Below, in pieces: positions 40,521 through 50,664 of a stretch of 64,000 nt of DNA. A model generated the notes under the pieces. The model worked only from the letters and a program-made list of their open reading frames with translations, did no database searches and was not told the DNA's origin. The stretch's first letter is position 1; each line of letters opens with the position of its first letter. A program made the translations under genes and the position numbers. Source of the DNA: a virus; the IMG/VR virus record IMGVR_UViG_3300045988_130366, one strand, 5' to 3'.

Positions 40521-41816
40521 ATGGAGGGATACAATATGTTAGAAGTTCAAAAACGAAATGGTGATATTGTCCCATTTGATAAAGAAAAAATTATTGATGC
40601 AGTAAACAGAGCAATGATTGAAGTAGATAAAATCCTTTATGAGACAGATACTTCAGAAGATATTGCTACTGAAATTGAAGAAATGGCTAAACGCTCTAAG
40701 ACAACTATTTCTGTAGAAACTATTCAAGATTGTGTAGAAGATTTATTAATGCAATCTGAAAGAAGAGATGTTGCAAGAGCGTATATTCGTTATAGATATA
40801 AACAAGAAGCAAAGAGAGAGCATGAGGCAGTTTTTGTTAAAACTTATAGTGAAAAATTGGAAGCCCGCAATGTTCAAAATCAAAATGCTAATGTAGATGA
40901 ACACTCTTTTGGCGGACGTATGGGTGAAGCAAGCTCAGTTATGACAAAGAAATATGCTTTAGATTATATTGTATCTAAAATGTCAAGAGATAATCATTTA
41001 AACAATGAAATTTATATTCACGATTTAGATAGTTATGCTGTTGGAATGCATAATTGTTTGTCATTACCTATAGATGATTTACTTAGAAATGGTTTTAATA
41101 CTCGTCAAACTGATGTTCGTCCTGCTCAATCTGTTAATACAGCTTTTCAGCTTTTGGCAGTATTATTTCAGTTACAATCATTACAGCAGTTTGGAGGAGT
41201 ATCTGCTACTCACTTAGATTGGAGCATGGTTCCTTATGTTCGTAGAAGTTTTTATAAGCATTTCTTAGATGGCATTAAATATTGTCAAAAAGGTCAGATG
41301 CTTGGATTAGCTGGAACTTATGAAGATTTTGATTTATCTAATGCAAAAGAGGCGTGGATTAAAGCTGATGCTTCTATTAATGATGATGTATTTGTTAGAA
41401 ATGAAGCAGCTTATCAATATGCCGTAGATATGACAATAAAAGAAACTTATCAAGCTGTAGAAGGAATGTATCATAATCTTAATACATTACAATCTCGAAG
41501 TGGAAACCAGTTACCTTTTACTTCTATTAACTATGGTACATGTACTTTACCAGAAGGAAGATTAGTAACAGAGGCTTTATTAAATGTATCTATTAAAGGT
41601 ATTGGAAAGCTTCATAAAACTTCTATTTTTCCTTGTGGAATTTTCCAGTGTATGAAAGGAGTCAATCGTGAAGAAGGAGACCCAAATTACGATTTATTTA
41701 AACTCGCATTACGTTCAACCGCCACAAGACTGTACCCAAATTATGCTAATGTCGACTGGTCTGGAAACGCAGGATATGACATCAACGACCCTCGTACCTA
41801 CTTCTCTACAATGGGT
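40521..41816 (+). CDS. nrdD: anaerobic ribonucleoside-triphosphate reductase NrdD, exon 1 (ATP-cone … YFSTMG)
   Basis: ATP-cone VQKRNGDIVPFD, IYIHDLD…HNC, ends at …TMG just before conserved radical-loop Cys (cf. E. coli SPMG|CRSF). Confidence 0.8.
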
Positions 41817-42706
41817 AAGCGAAAACTCAGCCCATTTAAAATCTTTTGAACTGTGCTAACAGGTGTTTATATATTCTAATATATAGGCTAACGGTTAGGT
41901 CTTAATGACTTTGCAGTTTGTTGTTAAGATGAGACCGTGCTAAGATTCATTATAATATTCACACATAGAAGGAGGCTATATGTGGATATATAAAATAACA
42001 AATATTCAAAATAATAAAGTTTATATTGGTCAAACAATACGACCAATAAATCAAAGATTTCATCGGCATTTGAATGATGCTATCAATAATATTTTAGATA
42101 CACACTTTGCCAGAGCAATTAGAAAATATGGTAAAGATAATTTTATCATAGAAGAAATTGATACCGCTCAAACTCAAGATGAATTAAACCAAAAAGAACA
42201 ATATTGGATTAGATTTTATAATTCAGTTGAAGAAGGATATAATGAAACAGATGCAATATCTAAGTGCGGGGGTAATACATATCGTTCTAAAACTGAAGAA
42301 GAGATGGAAATTATCAAAGAAAAAATTCGACAAACAAAAATAGGTACTAAAAACCCTATGGCACGAAAAATTAAACGAACAAACATTATTACTAATGAAG
42401 TAGATATATTTAATACTGTTATTAGTTGTGCTAAAGCTTGTGGAATTAAAAATGGTAAAACATCTATCTCAACAAGATTAAATGGACAAATAAAAAGTCC
42501 TTATAAAAATACTTGGATTTTTGAATATTATAATGAATAAAGTGTATCGACTATCCCTGATGAATGTATGGGAGTAGGGACGGAGATAAGCACCGTCGTT
42601 GTTTTAGGAAACGAAGCAACTGAGAACCGAAGCGGAAGACAACTCTATTTACTTTTAAATAGAATGATAATATAGTCAGTGCTGATGGTGACATCAGATA
42701 AACACG
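41817..42706 (+). mobile_element. group I intron (nrdD intron 1) with GIY-YIG homing endonuclease ORF
   Basis: Core GTGTATCGACTATCC…; 3' end …ATATAGTCAGTGCTGATGG…AACACG omega-G; splicing joins MG|CRTANGYDINGFGQLKDGRGN (cf. MGCRSFLGVWENENGEQIHDGRNN). Confidence 0.75.
41980..42540 (+). CDS. GIY-YIG homing endonuclease (intron-encoded)
   Basis: MWIYKITNIQNNKVYIGQT…RFHRH motif. Confidence 0.8.
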   Translation: MWIYKITNIQNNKVYIGQTIRPINQRFHRHLNDAINNILDTHFARAIRKYGKDNFIIEEIDTAQTQDELNQKEQYWIRFYNSVEEGYNETDAISKCGGNTYRSKTEEEMEIIKEKIRQTKIGTKNPMARKIKRTNIITNEVDIFNTVISCAKACGIKNGKTSISTRLNGQIKSPYKNTWIFEYYNE

Positions 42707-43225
42707 TGCAGAACTGCCAATGGGTACGATATTAACGGTTTCGGTCAGTTAAAAGATGGACGTGGAAATATTTGTCCTGTAACAATTATTTTACCTACAT
42801 TAGCAATGGAAGCTAAACAGAACTTTATGTCTCAATATGCTTTAACTGGCGAAGATGCAAAAGAAGCTTTTGCAGTTGAATATTTCATGACTCTTTTAGA
42901 TGAAAAAATTCATCAGGCAAAAGATATGTTGATTGAACGCTTCGATTGGATTTGTTCTCAGGATGCTTCTGCCGCAGTCTTTATGTATGAGAATGGCACA
43001 ATGAAGGGGTATATTCCAGAGGAAGGAATAAGAAGCGCATTAAAACATGGAACTTTAGCGGTAGGTCAGTTAGGACTCGCTGAGACTCTTCAAATTCTTA
43101 TTGGCACAGACCATACGACTTCAGAAGGAATGAAACTGGCTAAAAGAATTGAACAGTTATTTAAAGATAGATGTGCGGAATTTAAAGAAGAATATAAGCT
43201 TAATTTTGGTGTATATTATACTCCT
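42707..43225 (+). CDS. nrdD: NrdD exon 2 (CRTANGYDING…ILPTLAMEAK…VYYTP)
   Basis: Matches E. coli NrdD DGRNNLGVISLNLPRIALEAK block; ends at …YYTP (cf. LYSTPSENLC). Confidence 0.75.
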
Positions 43226-44198
43226 AAACTTTTCGGATTGGGAGTCGCACAAGTGATTGTGTGAAAAAACAACTCTGTTAAACGGGCAATCGTAATAAGA
43301 TGATAAGAGAGACTAAACCTGTAATAAGGCAAGTTAATCCCGTAGGGTAAATTCATTGGACACAAGTTTTCAGTCGTGTATAATAAAAATTCATATAATA
43401 TAGAAGGAGAGTGAATTTTTTTATGGCACGTAGAAAAATGACAGATAAATTAATTAAAAGAAGTCAAATTAATGAAGAAATACGATTAATTAATGGAAGT
43501 GAAACTGATTATATTTCTTCAAAAGGTAATATTTATAAAGATTATGGAAATGATTTATTTTATCCCAAAGCAAATTTTATAAATAAAAATAATGGATATT
43601 TATATTCCAGTATAACTTATCCAGAAGGACAAAGACAAAGAAGAGTGCATATTTTAGTTGCAGAAGCTTTTTTGCCTAATCCAAATAATTATACAGTAGT
43701 AATGCATAAAGATAATAATAAAGCAAACCCTGAAGTATCTAATCTTGAATGGGGGACTAATTCAAAAAATACTAAAGATGCTTATAAAGATGGTCTTGCT
43801 AAAAATGATAAAAGCTGGGATGATAATCAATCAATTCATATTTGTAGTTTTGATTTACAGGGCAACCTATTAAAGATGTATGGCTCTGTAGGAGAAGCTT
43901 CAAGAGAATTACACGTTACAAAAACAACAATATTAAATCAATGTAATCACAATGTAAAAACAAAACCTCGTTGTGGATATTGGTTTAGATACTTGACTGA
44001 ATACAAAACCAATGGATTTGTTCTCTAACGACTATCGAAAACATAGTTATAAAAGAAATATTTATAATGAAGAAGTGAGTAGAGTAGGATATTATATCCG
44101 AAAGACAGAGCTCTTATTATTTGGTAATAGGATAATAAGATGATAATATAGTCTAATCCCCTTTTTTATGAAATATCGGGAAACCGAGGGTTCGAATG
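43226..44198 (+). mobile_element. group I intron (nrdD intron 2) with HNH-type homing endonuclease ORF
   Basis: 3' end …AATATAGTCTAATCC…GGGTTCGAATG omega-G; joins YYTP|AENLCYK. Confidence 0.7.
43411..44028 (+). CDS. HNH-family homing endonuclease (I-HmuI-like, with AP2-like DNA-binding C-terminus)
   Basis: …VHILVAEAFLPNPNNYTVVMHKDNNKANPEVSNLEWGT… HNH_3-type motif; RBS GAAGGAG. Confidence 0.65.
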   Translation: MNFFMARRKMTDKLIKRSQINEEIRLINGSETDYISSKGNIYKDYGNDLFYPKANFINKNNGYLYSSITYPEGQRQRRVHILVAEAFLPNPNNYTVVMHKDNNKANPEVSNLEWGTNSKNTKDAYKDGLAKNDKSWDDNQSIHICSFDLQGNLLKMYGSVGEASRELHVTKTTILNQCNHNVKTKPRCGYWFRYLTEYKTNGFVL

Positions 44199-44717
44199 GC
44201 CGAAAACCTTTGCTATAAAGCTTTAAAGAATTTTAAAGCAAAATATGGAGTAATTGAAAATGTAAGTGATAAAGAGTTTTTTACTAATTCAATTCATGTT
44301 CCAGTTTGGAAAGAAATGTCTCCATTTGAGAAGATTGATATTGAGTCTCAATTAACCGGTTATTCATCTGCGGGATGTATTACTTATGTTGAATTAGATT
44401 CTGGTATTAAAAACAATCTTGAAGCATTAGAGCAAATTGTAAATTATGCTATGGATAAAGACATTCCATATTTTGCAGTTAATGTACCAAACGATACATG
44501 TCTTGAGTGCGGATACACAGATGAATTTAATGATAGATGTCCTATCTGCGGAAGCACTCATATTCAACAGCTTAGAAGAGTTACTGGATATTTAACAGGA
44601 AATTATAAAACTGCTTTTAACCTTGGTAAGCAAGATGAAGTTGAGCATCGTGTTAAACATGGAGGAAAAAGAGAATGGGCGCAGATAAAACCTGGCACGA
44701 CAAAGAAGAATACTTAA
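44199..44717 (+). CDS. nrdD: NrdD exon 3 (…ENLCYK…Zn ribbon CLECGY…CPICG…glycyl-radical RRVTGYLTG…)
   Basis: C-terminal Zn ribbon and glycyl radical motif RVxGY; spliced total 2334 nt = 777 aa. Confidence 0.8.
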   Translation, partial: AENLCYKALKNFKAKYGVIENVSDKEFFTNSIHVPVWKEMSPFEKIDIESQLTGYSSAGCITYVELDSGIKNNLEALEQIVNYAMDKDIPYFAVNVPNDTCLECGYTDEFNDRCPICGSTHIQQLRRVTGYLTGNYKTAFNLGKQDEVEHRVKHGGKREWAQIKPGTTKKNT

Positions 44718-44872
44718 AACAAGCAAAAGAATGCAGATATTGTAGAGAATTAGATGCAGATGATACTTTATATATGGCAAATGACTGGGATGGTGGAATA
44801 GGATTTGAATATATCAGACATATTAAATACTGTCCTATCTGCGGCCGCAAGCTTTTTAATTGGGAGGAATAA
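44675..44872 (+). CDS. small CxxC zinc-ribbon protein overlapping nrdD 3' end
   Basis: CRYC…CPICG in alternate frame; overlaps nrdD by 43 nt; uncertain. Confidence 0.3.
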   Translation: MGADKTWHDKEEYLKQAKECRYCRELDADDTLYMANDWDGGIGFEYIRHIKYCPICGRKLFNWEE

Positions 44873-44877
44873 TTATA

Positions 44878-45357
44878 ATGCGTTATGCAGGAATTATTAA
44901 AAATGATTTTTCTGCCGCTCCTGGAACAAGTGTAACTTTTTTTACACAGGGTTGCCCTCACAGATGTGAGGGTTGCCATAATCCAGAGACTTGGGATTTT
45001 GAAGGCGGAGAAGAAGTCACTCATGATACTATTTTAGAGGTTATTGAAGCTATTACTGCTAATGGATTACATCGTAATTTATGTATTATGGGAGGAGAGC
45101 CTCTTTGTCCAGAAAATCAATTTTTGACTAATTTAATTATTAATTCTGTTAAAGAAAAACTTCCTGACACTAAAATTTATTTATGGACAGGATATTGTTT
45201 AGAAGATTTAGATATGAGTAATAATAGAGTTAAATCAATACTTGAACAAGTAGATTGCCTTATTGACGGTCCTTATGATAAAACAAAAAGAGATGTTTCT
45301 TTATTTATGAGAGGTTCATCTAATCAACGAATTTTATATAAGGGAACTGATTATTGA
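44878..45357 (+). CDS. nrdG: anaerobic RNR activating protein NrdG (radical SAM)
   Basis: GCPHRCEGCHNPETW cluster, …IMGGEPL…; RBS GGGAGG before ATG 44878. Confidence 0.85.
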   Translation: MRYAGIIKNDFSAAPGTSVTFFTQGCPHRCEGCHNPETWDFEGGEEVTHDTILEVIEAITANGLHRNLCIMGGEPLCPENQFLTNLIINSVKEKLPDTKIYLWTGYCLEDLDMSNNRVKSILEQVDCLIDGPYDKTKRDVSLFMRGSSNQRILYKGTDY

Positions 45358-45410
45358 TTTTCTAAAAAAAATATGATATTATATACTTATAAATGATAAG
45401 GAGATTAAAA

Positions 45411-45938
45411 ATGAAACATATTAAAGATAATAAAGAATTAGATGAAATTAAAGAGCCAGAAGATGGCCAGATTGTATATAATGAAACAGATGAAAGTTAT
45501 TTTATCTATAAAAATGAAAAATGGTTTCCAGTAGAAGCTCAAATGACTTCTCAGGGACTTGAACTTAATTTATATGAATTAAATAGAAGTATTATTGAGC
45601 AACTTCCAGATTATGAAGATTCTCAATGGGAAGGTGCTGAAAAGATTTTTGGTGATTGGTTAATGGAACAGTCTTCTACATATTATATGCTTTATGGTAG
45701 AGAGATTAATTACTTTACAATCTTTAAGAAAGGAAACATCGGAGAGTCAGATTTCGCAACATTCTGGGATGGACTTAAAGAATGCTTAACTGCGCTTGGT
45801 ACAGTTCGTTCTATCGGTGTTAATAAATTAGAAGATGGTAGTGCTTCTTCTGTCGAAATCTGGATTAAATATAATGATGTAGTTACTTGCATGTATTTAT
45901 TTAATTACGATGAAGGTATTGTAACTTATGAACAGTAA
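45411..45938 (+). CDS. hypothetical protein
   Basis: RBS AAGGAG; promoter TATGATATTAT upstream. Confidence 0.45.
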   Translation: MKHIKDNKELDEIKEPEDGQIVYNETDESYFIYKNEKWFPVEAQMTSQGLELNLYELNRSIIEQLPDYEDSQWEGAEKIFGDWLMEQSSTYYMLYGREINYFTIFKKGNIGESDFATFWDGLKECLTALGTVRSIGVNKLEDGSASSVEIWIKYNDVVTCMYLFNYDEGIVTYEQ

Positions 45939-46182
45939 TGAGATTGTATGTTTTATTGATATGTTCTCTATTTATCAAAAAGTTCAGTATAATGATGGTC
46001 AAGAAGAACAGGTTTCTTTAGCAAACTTACCTGGCTTCTTGCCGCAGGTTTGTTCAGCAGAGAATATCAGTAAAATTCATTTATATGGTGATGCTATTTT
46101 TTGTAATGGCGTTGCTGATAAAATTAGAACAAGTGAAATTACAACATATGGAGAAAATAATTTAGAAATCGAGGTAAATTAA
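45928..46182 (+). CDS. hypothetical protein
   Basis: ORF. Confidence 0.35.
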   Translation: MNSNEIVCFIDMFSIYQKVQYNDGQEEQVSLANLPGFLPQVCSAENISKIHLYGDAIFCNGVADKIRTSEITTYGENNLEIEVN

Positions 46183-46185
46183 TTT

Positions 46186-46434
46186 ATGAATAAATATTTA
46201 ATTAACAATACATTAGTATTTAGAGTTCCAACAGTAGAAGATGCTTTAGCTTTAAGAGATGAACTTTCTGAGAATCCTTATGGAGAATTAACAAACTTTA
46301 GTTATACAACTAAGTACATTAAAGCTAAAGGTGAGATTATTGAAGAGTATCAGCTTGTAAAAGCTAAGATTGAATTTACTCCAGAAAAAGATCCAGAGCA
46401 GCATATTAATGTTACTTATGAGGAGGGAATCTAA
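46186..46434 (+). CDS. hypothetical protein
   Basis: ORF. Confidence 0.4.
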   Translation: MNKYLINNTLVFRVPTVEDALALRDELSENPYGELTNFSYTTKYIKAKGEIIEEYQLVKAKIEFTPEKDPEQHINVTYEEGI

Positions 46435-46435
46435 T

Positions 46436-47032
46436 TTGGCTAAATTTGAGTTAATTAAAAAATTTCAAGGCGAAAATGATTTACTTCCTAAAAGAAAGAC
46501 TATAGAATCTGCTGGATATGACTTTATTGTAGCAGAAGATACAATAATTCTTCCATATCATTATCATTTTTCAAATCTTTCACAGGGTATTTTTGCAGAA
46601 ATGCTGTCTAAAAAACTTGAAGAAAAATATCTTGAAAGACCTATGACGCTTGATGAAGTTGCTGCTTTTACTAAAGAAACTTTATCAAAACCTACTTTAG
46701 TTCCAACAGGTGTTAAAGTTAAACTTGACCCTGGCACATACTTAGAACTTTCAGTTCGTAGTTCTTGTCCGCTTAAATATTGGTTAGTAATGGCTAATAG
46801 TGTGGGAATTATAGATGGTGATTATTATAATAATCCAGATAATGAGGGACATATCTTTTTTCAGATGATTAATTTTTCCCCTGTTCCTATTATCTTAAAG
46901 AAAGGTGACTGTATTGGTCAAGGTATTATTAAACCTTATTTAAAAACTGAGGATGATAATACAGTTGATTTGCGGGAAGGTGGTTTTGGTTCTACAGATG
47001 CGGCAAGTCAGCCAGTACTGCAAGAAGCTTAA
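46436..47032 (+). CDS. dut: dUTPase (trimeric dUTP pyrophosphatase)
   Basis: SAGYDF, …GIIDGDYYN…, probable TTG start after RBS GAGGAGGG. Confidence 0.8.
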   Translation: MAKFELIKKFQGENDLLPKRKTIESAGYDFIVAEDTIILPYHYHFSNLSQGIFAEMLSKKLEEKYLERPMTLDEVAAFTKETLSKPTLVPTGVKVKLDPGTYLELSVRSSCPLKYWLVMANSVGIIDGDYYNNPDNEGHIFFQMINFSPVPIILKKGDCIGQGIIKPYLKTEDDNTVDLREGGFGSTDAASQPVLQEA

Positions 47033-47529
47033 TGAGCCGATTACTCGCATTAGACCAGGCAAGTCGAATTTCAGGTTGGGCCTTCTTTAATGAAGGTCAA
47101 CTTGAAGCTCATGGTAAATTTAATGCTACTCAAGAAGATATTGGGGAAAGACTTTTTTTTATTAAAAACGAAGTAAATAAACTTATTGAAGAATTTAATA
47201 TTAATGAAGTAGCTTTTGAAGATATTCAACTTCAAGGAAATGTTACTAATAATGTTCAAACCTTTAAGATTTTGGCAGAAGTGTTCGGAGTTATTTATGA
47301 ATTAGTAACAGAATTAAAGATACCAAATAGTGCAACTTTAGCAAGCGTATGGAAGTCTGCATTAAATATAAAAGGGCGTACTCGTCCCGAGCAGAAAAGA
47401 AATGCTCAACAATATGTTCTTGATACATATGGAATAAAAGCTACTCAAGATGAATGCGATGCAATTTGTATTGGGACATATATTGTTAATGAAAAAGCAA
47501 GAGAAAAGATACATGACTGGTCTGATTAA
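47032..47529 (+). CDS. RuvC-like Holliday junction resolvase
   Basis: LALDQASRISGWAFF (cf. RuvC LGIDPGSRVTGYGV), acidic catalytic residues E…D…D spaced as in RuvC. Confidence 0.65.
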   Translation: MSRLLALDQASRISGWAFFNEGQLEAHGKFNATQEDIGERLFFIKNEVNKLIEEFNINEVAFEDIQLQGNVTNNVQTFKILAEVFGVIYELVTELKIPNSATLASVWKSALNIKGRTRPEQKRNAQQYVLDTYGIKATQDECDAICIGTYIVNEKAREKIHDWSD

Positions 47530-47579
47530 AGAAAGTATTTTCTCTTTTTTTTCATTTCTTAAAAAGGAGAGAGAAAATT

Positions 47580-47954
47580 ATGTACACTTTAATTATAAAT
47601 AATGGCGAATTACAATGCCATATTAAAAGCTTTACAGAGGGCTTAGAATTAAAAGACTTACCAGATAATTCTGGTAAGAAAGAAACTACAGCGGCTTTAT
47701 ATATTACTACTTATATCTCCGCAGAGGATGGTGAAGGAGTAAATACTTTTGATAATATTAGTTTAGTAGATTTTCTTCCATATTTTAAAGTTGAAAATTC
47801 TATCAGCAATATAACTATAAAAGATGGAGAAAAAATAGTTTTTGAATCTACTAAATATACATCTATTTCAAATGCAAAAGGAGATTATGACCAAACCGCT
47901 GAAACTCCAGAATATTATATAGACATTTCTTTTCAGACAAACCCAAGACTTTAA
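47580..47954 (+). CDS. hypothetical protein
   Basis: RBS AAAGGAGAGAG. Confidence 0.45.
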   Translation: MYTLIINNGELQCHIKSFTEGLELKDLPDNSGKKETTAALYITTYISAEDGEGVNTFDNISLVDFLPYFKVENSISNITIKDGEKIVFESTKYTSISNAKGDYDQTAETPEYYIDISFQTNPRL

Positions 47955-47968
47955 AGAGAGGTGATTGA

Positions 47969-49210
47969 ATGGCAAGAATAGAATATACAGGTAAGCCAAT
48001 TCAAGCCTCTACTATTAATGATTATTATAGAAGATTAGATGCTATTAGAACTTGGAATGGTAGATATTCTGCTATTTCTAATCGAGGAAGCGTTGGCGCT
48101 GGTGTTAAAATCACCAGCGCGCAAGTTATGAATGAAATTTTTAAAAGTGTTGTAGATACAAAAAATACTGTTTCATTTGTAAATGGCGTTTCAATTTTAG
48201 TTCCTATTGGAGTTACTCAAGGTAGTTCCGCAATTGGAAAAAAATCTATGGCTCAAATTGAAAAAAGTATTGGAATGATGGAACAAGCTTGTCGAGAGCA
48301 TTTTTCAAGTAAACGTAATGGTTTTAATAGTTCCAATTATGGTATTTTCGGAAGTTTTAGTTCTAATAGGTCTGGATTTAATGGTACTAATAGAACTTCT
48401 AATAATACAAGCTTCAATGTAATTGATAATAATTCTAATAGAAGCGGATATTTTAATGGTCATAGAAATGGTTACTGTGGTGGTAACAGAAGTAGTAATA
48501 ATGCTACTAATAGAAGTGGTTATAATAATGCTTTTAGAAACGGATATCATCATACTTTTAATAGTGGATTTTTTAGTACTAAATGGGCATCTAATGATGG
48601 TTCAAATTTTAGTGCTTTTGGAGATAATAGTGCTAAGTTTTCAAAAGTTCATAATGGTAATAAAAGTGGATTTGCAACTGGAAAATACCATCATCATTAT
48701 TCTTATTGGGTATTTAATTGGGCTGGAAATGGAAATAAAGACGTTCAATTAACAGGTAATGCTATTAAAAGAGGTAATTTTGATGGACATAATGCTTCTA
48801 AATTTTCTGGAAATGGAACAAATAGCACTAATAGAACTACTGTGAATCATGCTAATAGAAGTCCTTTTCATAAAGGTGGTTATACTGCAAATAATGATAC
48901 TAAATATACAGGGCATACAATAAGTTGTTCTGGAAATAATGGTAGTCATTTTTCCAGAGTAGGTACTTCATGCGTAGGAGATAACGCTTCCAATTATTCT
49001 GGAAACGCTACTGGATATTCAAGCTTTTTTACTTCTAATTGTCCTGTTAATCATGCTACGAATGATGCCAGTGTAAATACTTGTCCAAGTAATTTCTCTG
49101 GAGTATTTAGTGGTAATTATAATGTTGTTTGTCCAAGTAATTTTAGTAATGTTGATAGAAAATGCTTTACAGTTCATAGTAGTTATACTGTAGAAGGTGT
49201 TGATTTTTAG
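47969..49210 (+). CDS. Asn/Ser/Gly-rich repetitive protein with C-terminal Cys repeats (CPxNxS modules); candidate substrate of downstream radical-SAM enzymes
   Basis: ~110-aa ordinary N-domain then ~300 aa low-complexity (N 20%+, dozens of N-x-S/T sequons; repeats NRSGFNG / NRSGYFNG / NRSGYNNA; C-terminal CPVNHATN…CPSNFSGV…CPSNFSNV). Confidence 0.55.
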   Translation: MARIEYTGKPIQASTINDYYRRLDAIRTWNGRYSAISNRGSVGAGVKITSAQVMNEIFKSVVDTKNTVSFVNGVSILVPIGVTQGSSAIGKKSMAQIEKSIGMMEQACREHFSSKRNGFNSSNYGIFGSFSSNRSGFNGTNRTSNNTSFNVIDNNSNRSGYFNGHRNGYCGGNRSSNNATNRSGYNNAFRNGYHHTFNSGFFSTKWASNDGSNFSAFGDNSAKFSKVHNGNKSGFATGKYHHHYSYWVFNWAGNGNKDVQLTGNAIKRGNFDGHNASKFSGNGTNSTNRTTVNHANRSPFHKGGYTANNDTKYTGHTISCSGNNGSHFSRVGTSCVGDNASNYSGNATGYSSFFTSNCPVNHATNDASVNTCPSNFSGVFSGNYNVVCPSNFSNVDRKCFTVHSSYTVEGVDF

Positions 49211-49236
49211 ATATATTTAAAGAGTAAAAGGAGTCA

Positions 49237-50664
49237 TTGATGATAGAGAATAATGATAAAATTTATTTTACAAATATAACATTATTTACTACAGCTTTAT
49301 GTAATCTTAATTGCGGATATTGTTATATTTGTAAAGATGCTACTGGATGTTTAAAACAAATAGATGATGACCTTGCGAAAGATTTTGAAGAAGGAAATCA
49401 AATTAAACAGGTATATGATGTAGATCCAGAAGCAGATAAACATATTAATCATATTACTTTATGGGGAGGAGAGCCTTTCCTTCATCTGGAACGTTTTATA
49501 GACCATTTTGAAGAATACTTAAATGCTTTTCCAAACTTTACTGAAATAGATACTTCAACAAATTTTACTCTTCCAAATCAAATTGAATCTTTAAAGAAAA
49601 TGTTTGATGCAATTATTAAACATTATCATGGTAATAAAAAATTTCATTTTGATCTTCAGGTCTCAATTGATGGGCCTGAAGAGATGAATGATTTTGGAAG
49701 AGGTAAAGGAGTTACTCAAAAATTCTTAAAGAATTTTAGAGATTTATGTGAATTAGAATTTGACGATTCTAAAATTGATTTATTTGTTCATACTAAACCA
49801 ACTTTTTCAAAACCTACATTCCATTTTGTAGATACACCAGAGAAAGCATATGAATGGTTTGAATTTTTTGATAAAGAAATGTATCAGTATTATAAAAATA
49901 GAAAAACTAAAAAATGGTTTTTCTTGCCATGTCTTTTTAATTATGCAACTCCAGCAGAATGGACAAAAGAAGATGGACTTGAAGTGGCAAAAATCTATCG
50001 TTCAATTCAAGAAGTAACACCAAAAATAAAACAATTGGATGGATGGATTCCAAACTATGAAACATATATTCCAGGTGTAGAATTTTTATTAGGTAGATTA
50101 AAAGATGATAATTCTTTTAATAAAAAAAAGTGTTTAGATTGTTCTAAACCATTCTGCGGCGGAGGGTGTGGTTCATTTTCTCATGTAGTAGTTCCTATTC
50201 ATGATGGTAAATATACTATGTGTCATAGAGGTATGTTTGATGATTATGTTGATTATCATAACAATATGAAAGACCATGCTGATATGAATGGACTTGCCGC
50301 AAAATATGTTCAAACAAATAATGAATCTGCTTGGATTTATGATAAAGACCAATTCTTAAATCTTAAAAAGACTTTTGATAATCTTATTTTATATCCTCAT
50401 CAAATTTTCTATACAGATTATGTTAAGTTTGTATATGAATATGCAAAAGCAGGTATCATTGATGAAAAATGGACTGATATGAGTAAGATTGATAAAACGG
50501 TAGCTATTTTCGTTGATAAATCATGTTGTTTACAAGATTCATATATTATTACTGGCTCTTGGATAACATCAAATCCGTTAGAAATTCCATTGTGGTATAA
50601 TGGAGCTATGGATGTAGTTGAAGAAGAAATTGACAGAATAATGGCGGAAAGAGGTATAGTATGA
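49237..50664 (+). CDS. radical SAM enzyme with C-terminal SPASM-like domain (anSME/peptide-maturase-like)
   Basis: CNLNCGYC (Cx3Cx2C), GGEP, C-terminal CLDCSKPFCGGGC (Cx2Cx4Cx3C). Confidence 0.75.
   Translation: MMIENNDKIYFTNITLFTTALCNLNCGYCYICKDATGCLKQIDDDLAKDFEEGNQIKQVYDVDPEADKHINHITLWGGEPFLHLERFIDHFEEYLNAFPNFTEIDTSTNFTLPNQIESLKKMFDAIIKHYHGNKKFHFDLQVSIDGPEEMNDFGRGKGVTQKFLKNFRDLCELEFDDSKIDLFVHTKPTFSKPTFHFVDTPEKAYEWFEFFDKEMYQYYKNRKTKKWFFLPCLFNYATPAEWTKEDGLEVAKIYRSIQEVTPKIKQLDGWIPNYETYIPGVEFLLGRLKDDNSFNKKKCLDCSKPFCGGGCGSFSHVVVPIHDGKYTMCHRGMFDDYVDYHNNMKDHADMNGLAAKYVQTNNESAWIYDKDQFLNLKKTFDNLILYPHQIFYTDYVKFVYEYAKAGIIDEKWTDMSKIDKTVAIFVDKSCCLQDSYIITGSWITSNPLEIPLWYNGAMDVVEEEIDRIMAERGIV

Noticed and set aside
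41760-42740. Near-duplicate NAGYDIN / ANGYDIN peptides on both sides of nrdD intron 1 as an alternative splice junction
   Set aside because: Junction MG|CRTANGYDING reproduces the conserved NrdD MGCRSF…DGRNN block with correct spacing, U at the exon end and G at the intron end; the GYDIN resemblance looks coincidental.
44180-44200. tRNA-like GGGTTCGAATGG
   Set aside because: No acceptor or D/anticodon arms; it is the P9/omega-G end of nrdD intron 2.
48305-48949. Three overlapping ORFs inside the N/S-rich gene
   Set aside because: Low-complexity translations of a repetitive AAT/AGT-rich sequence in other frames.
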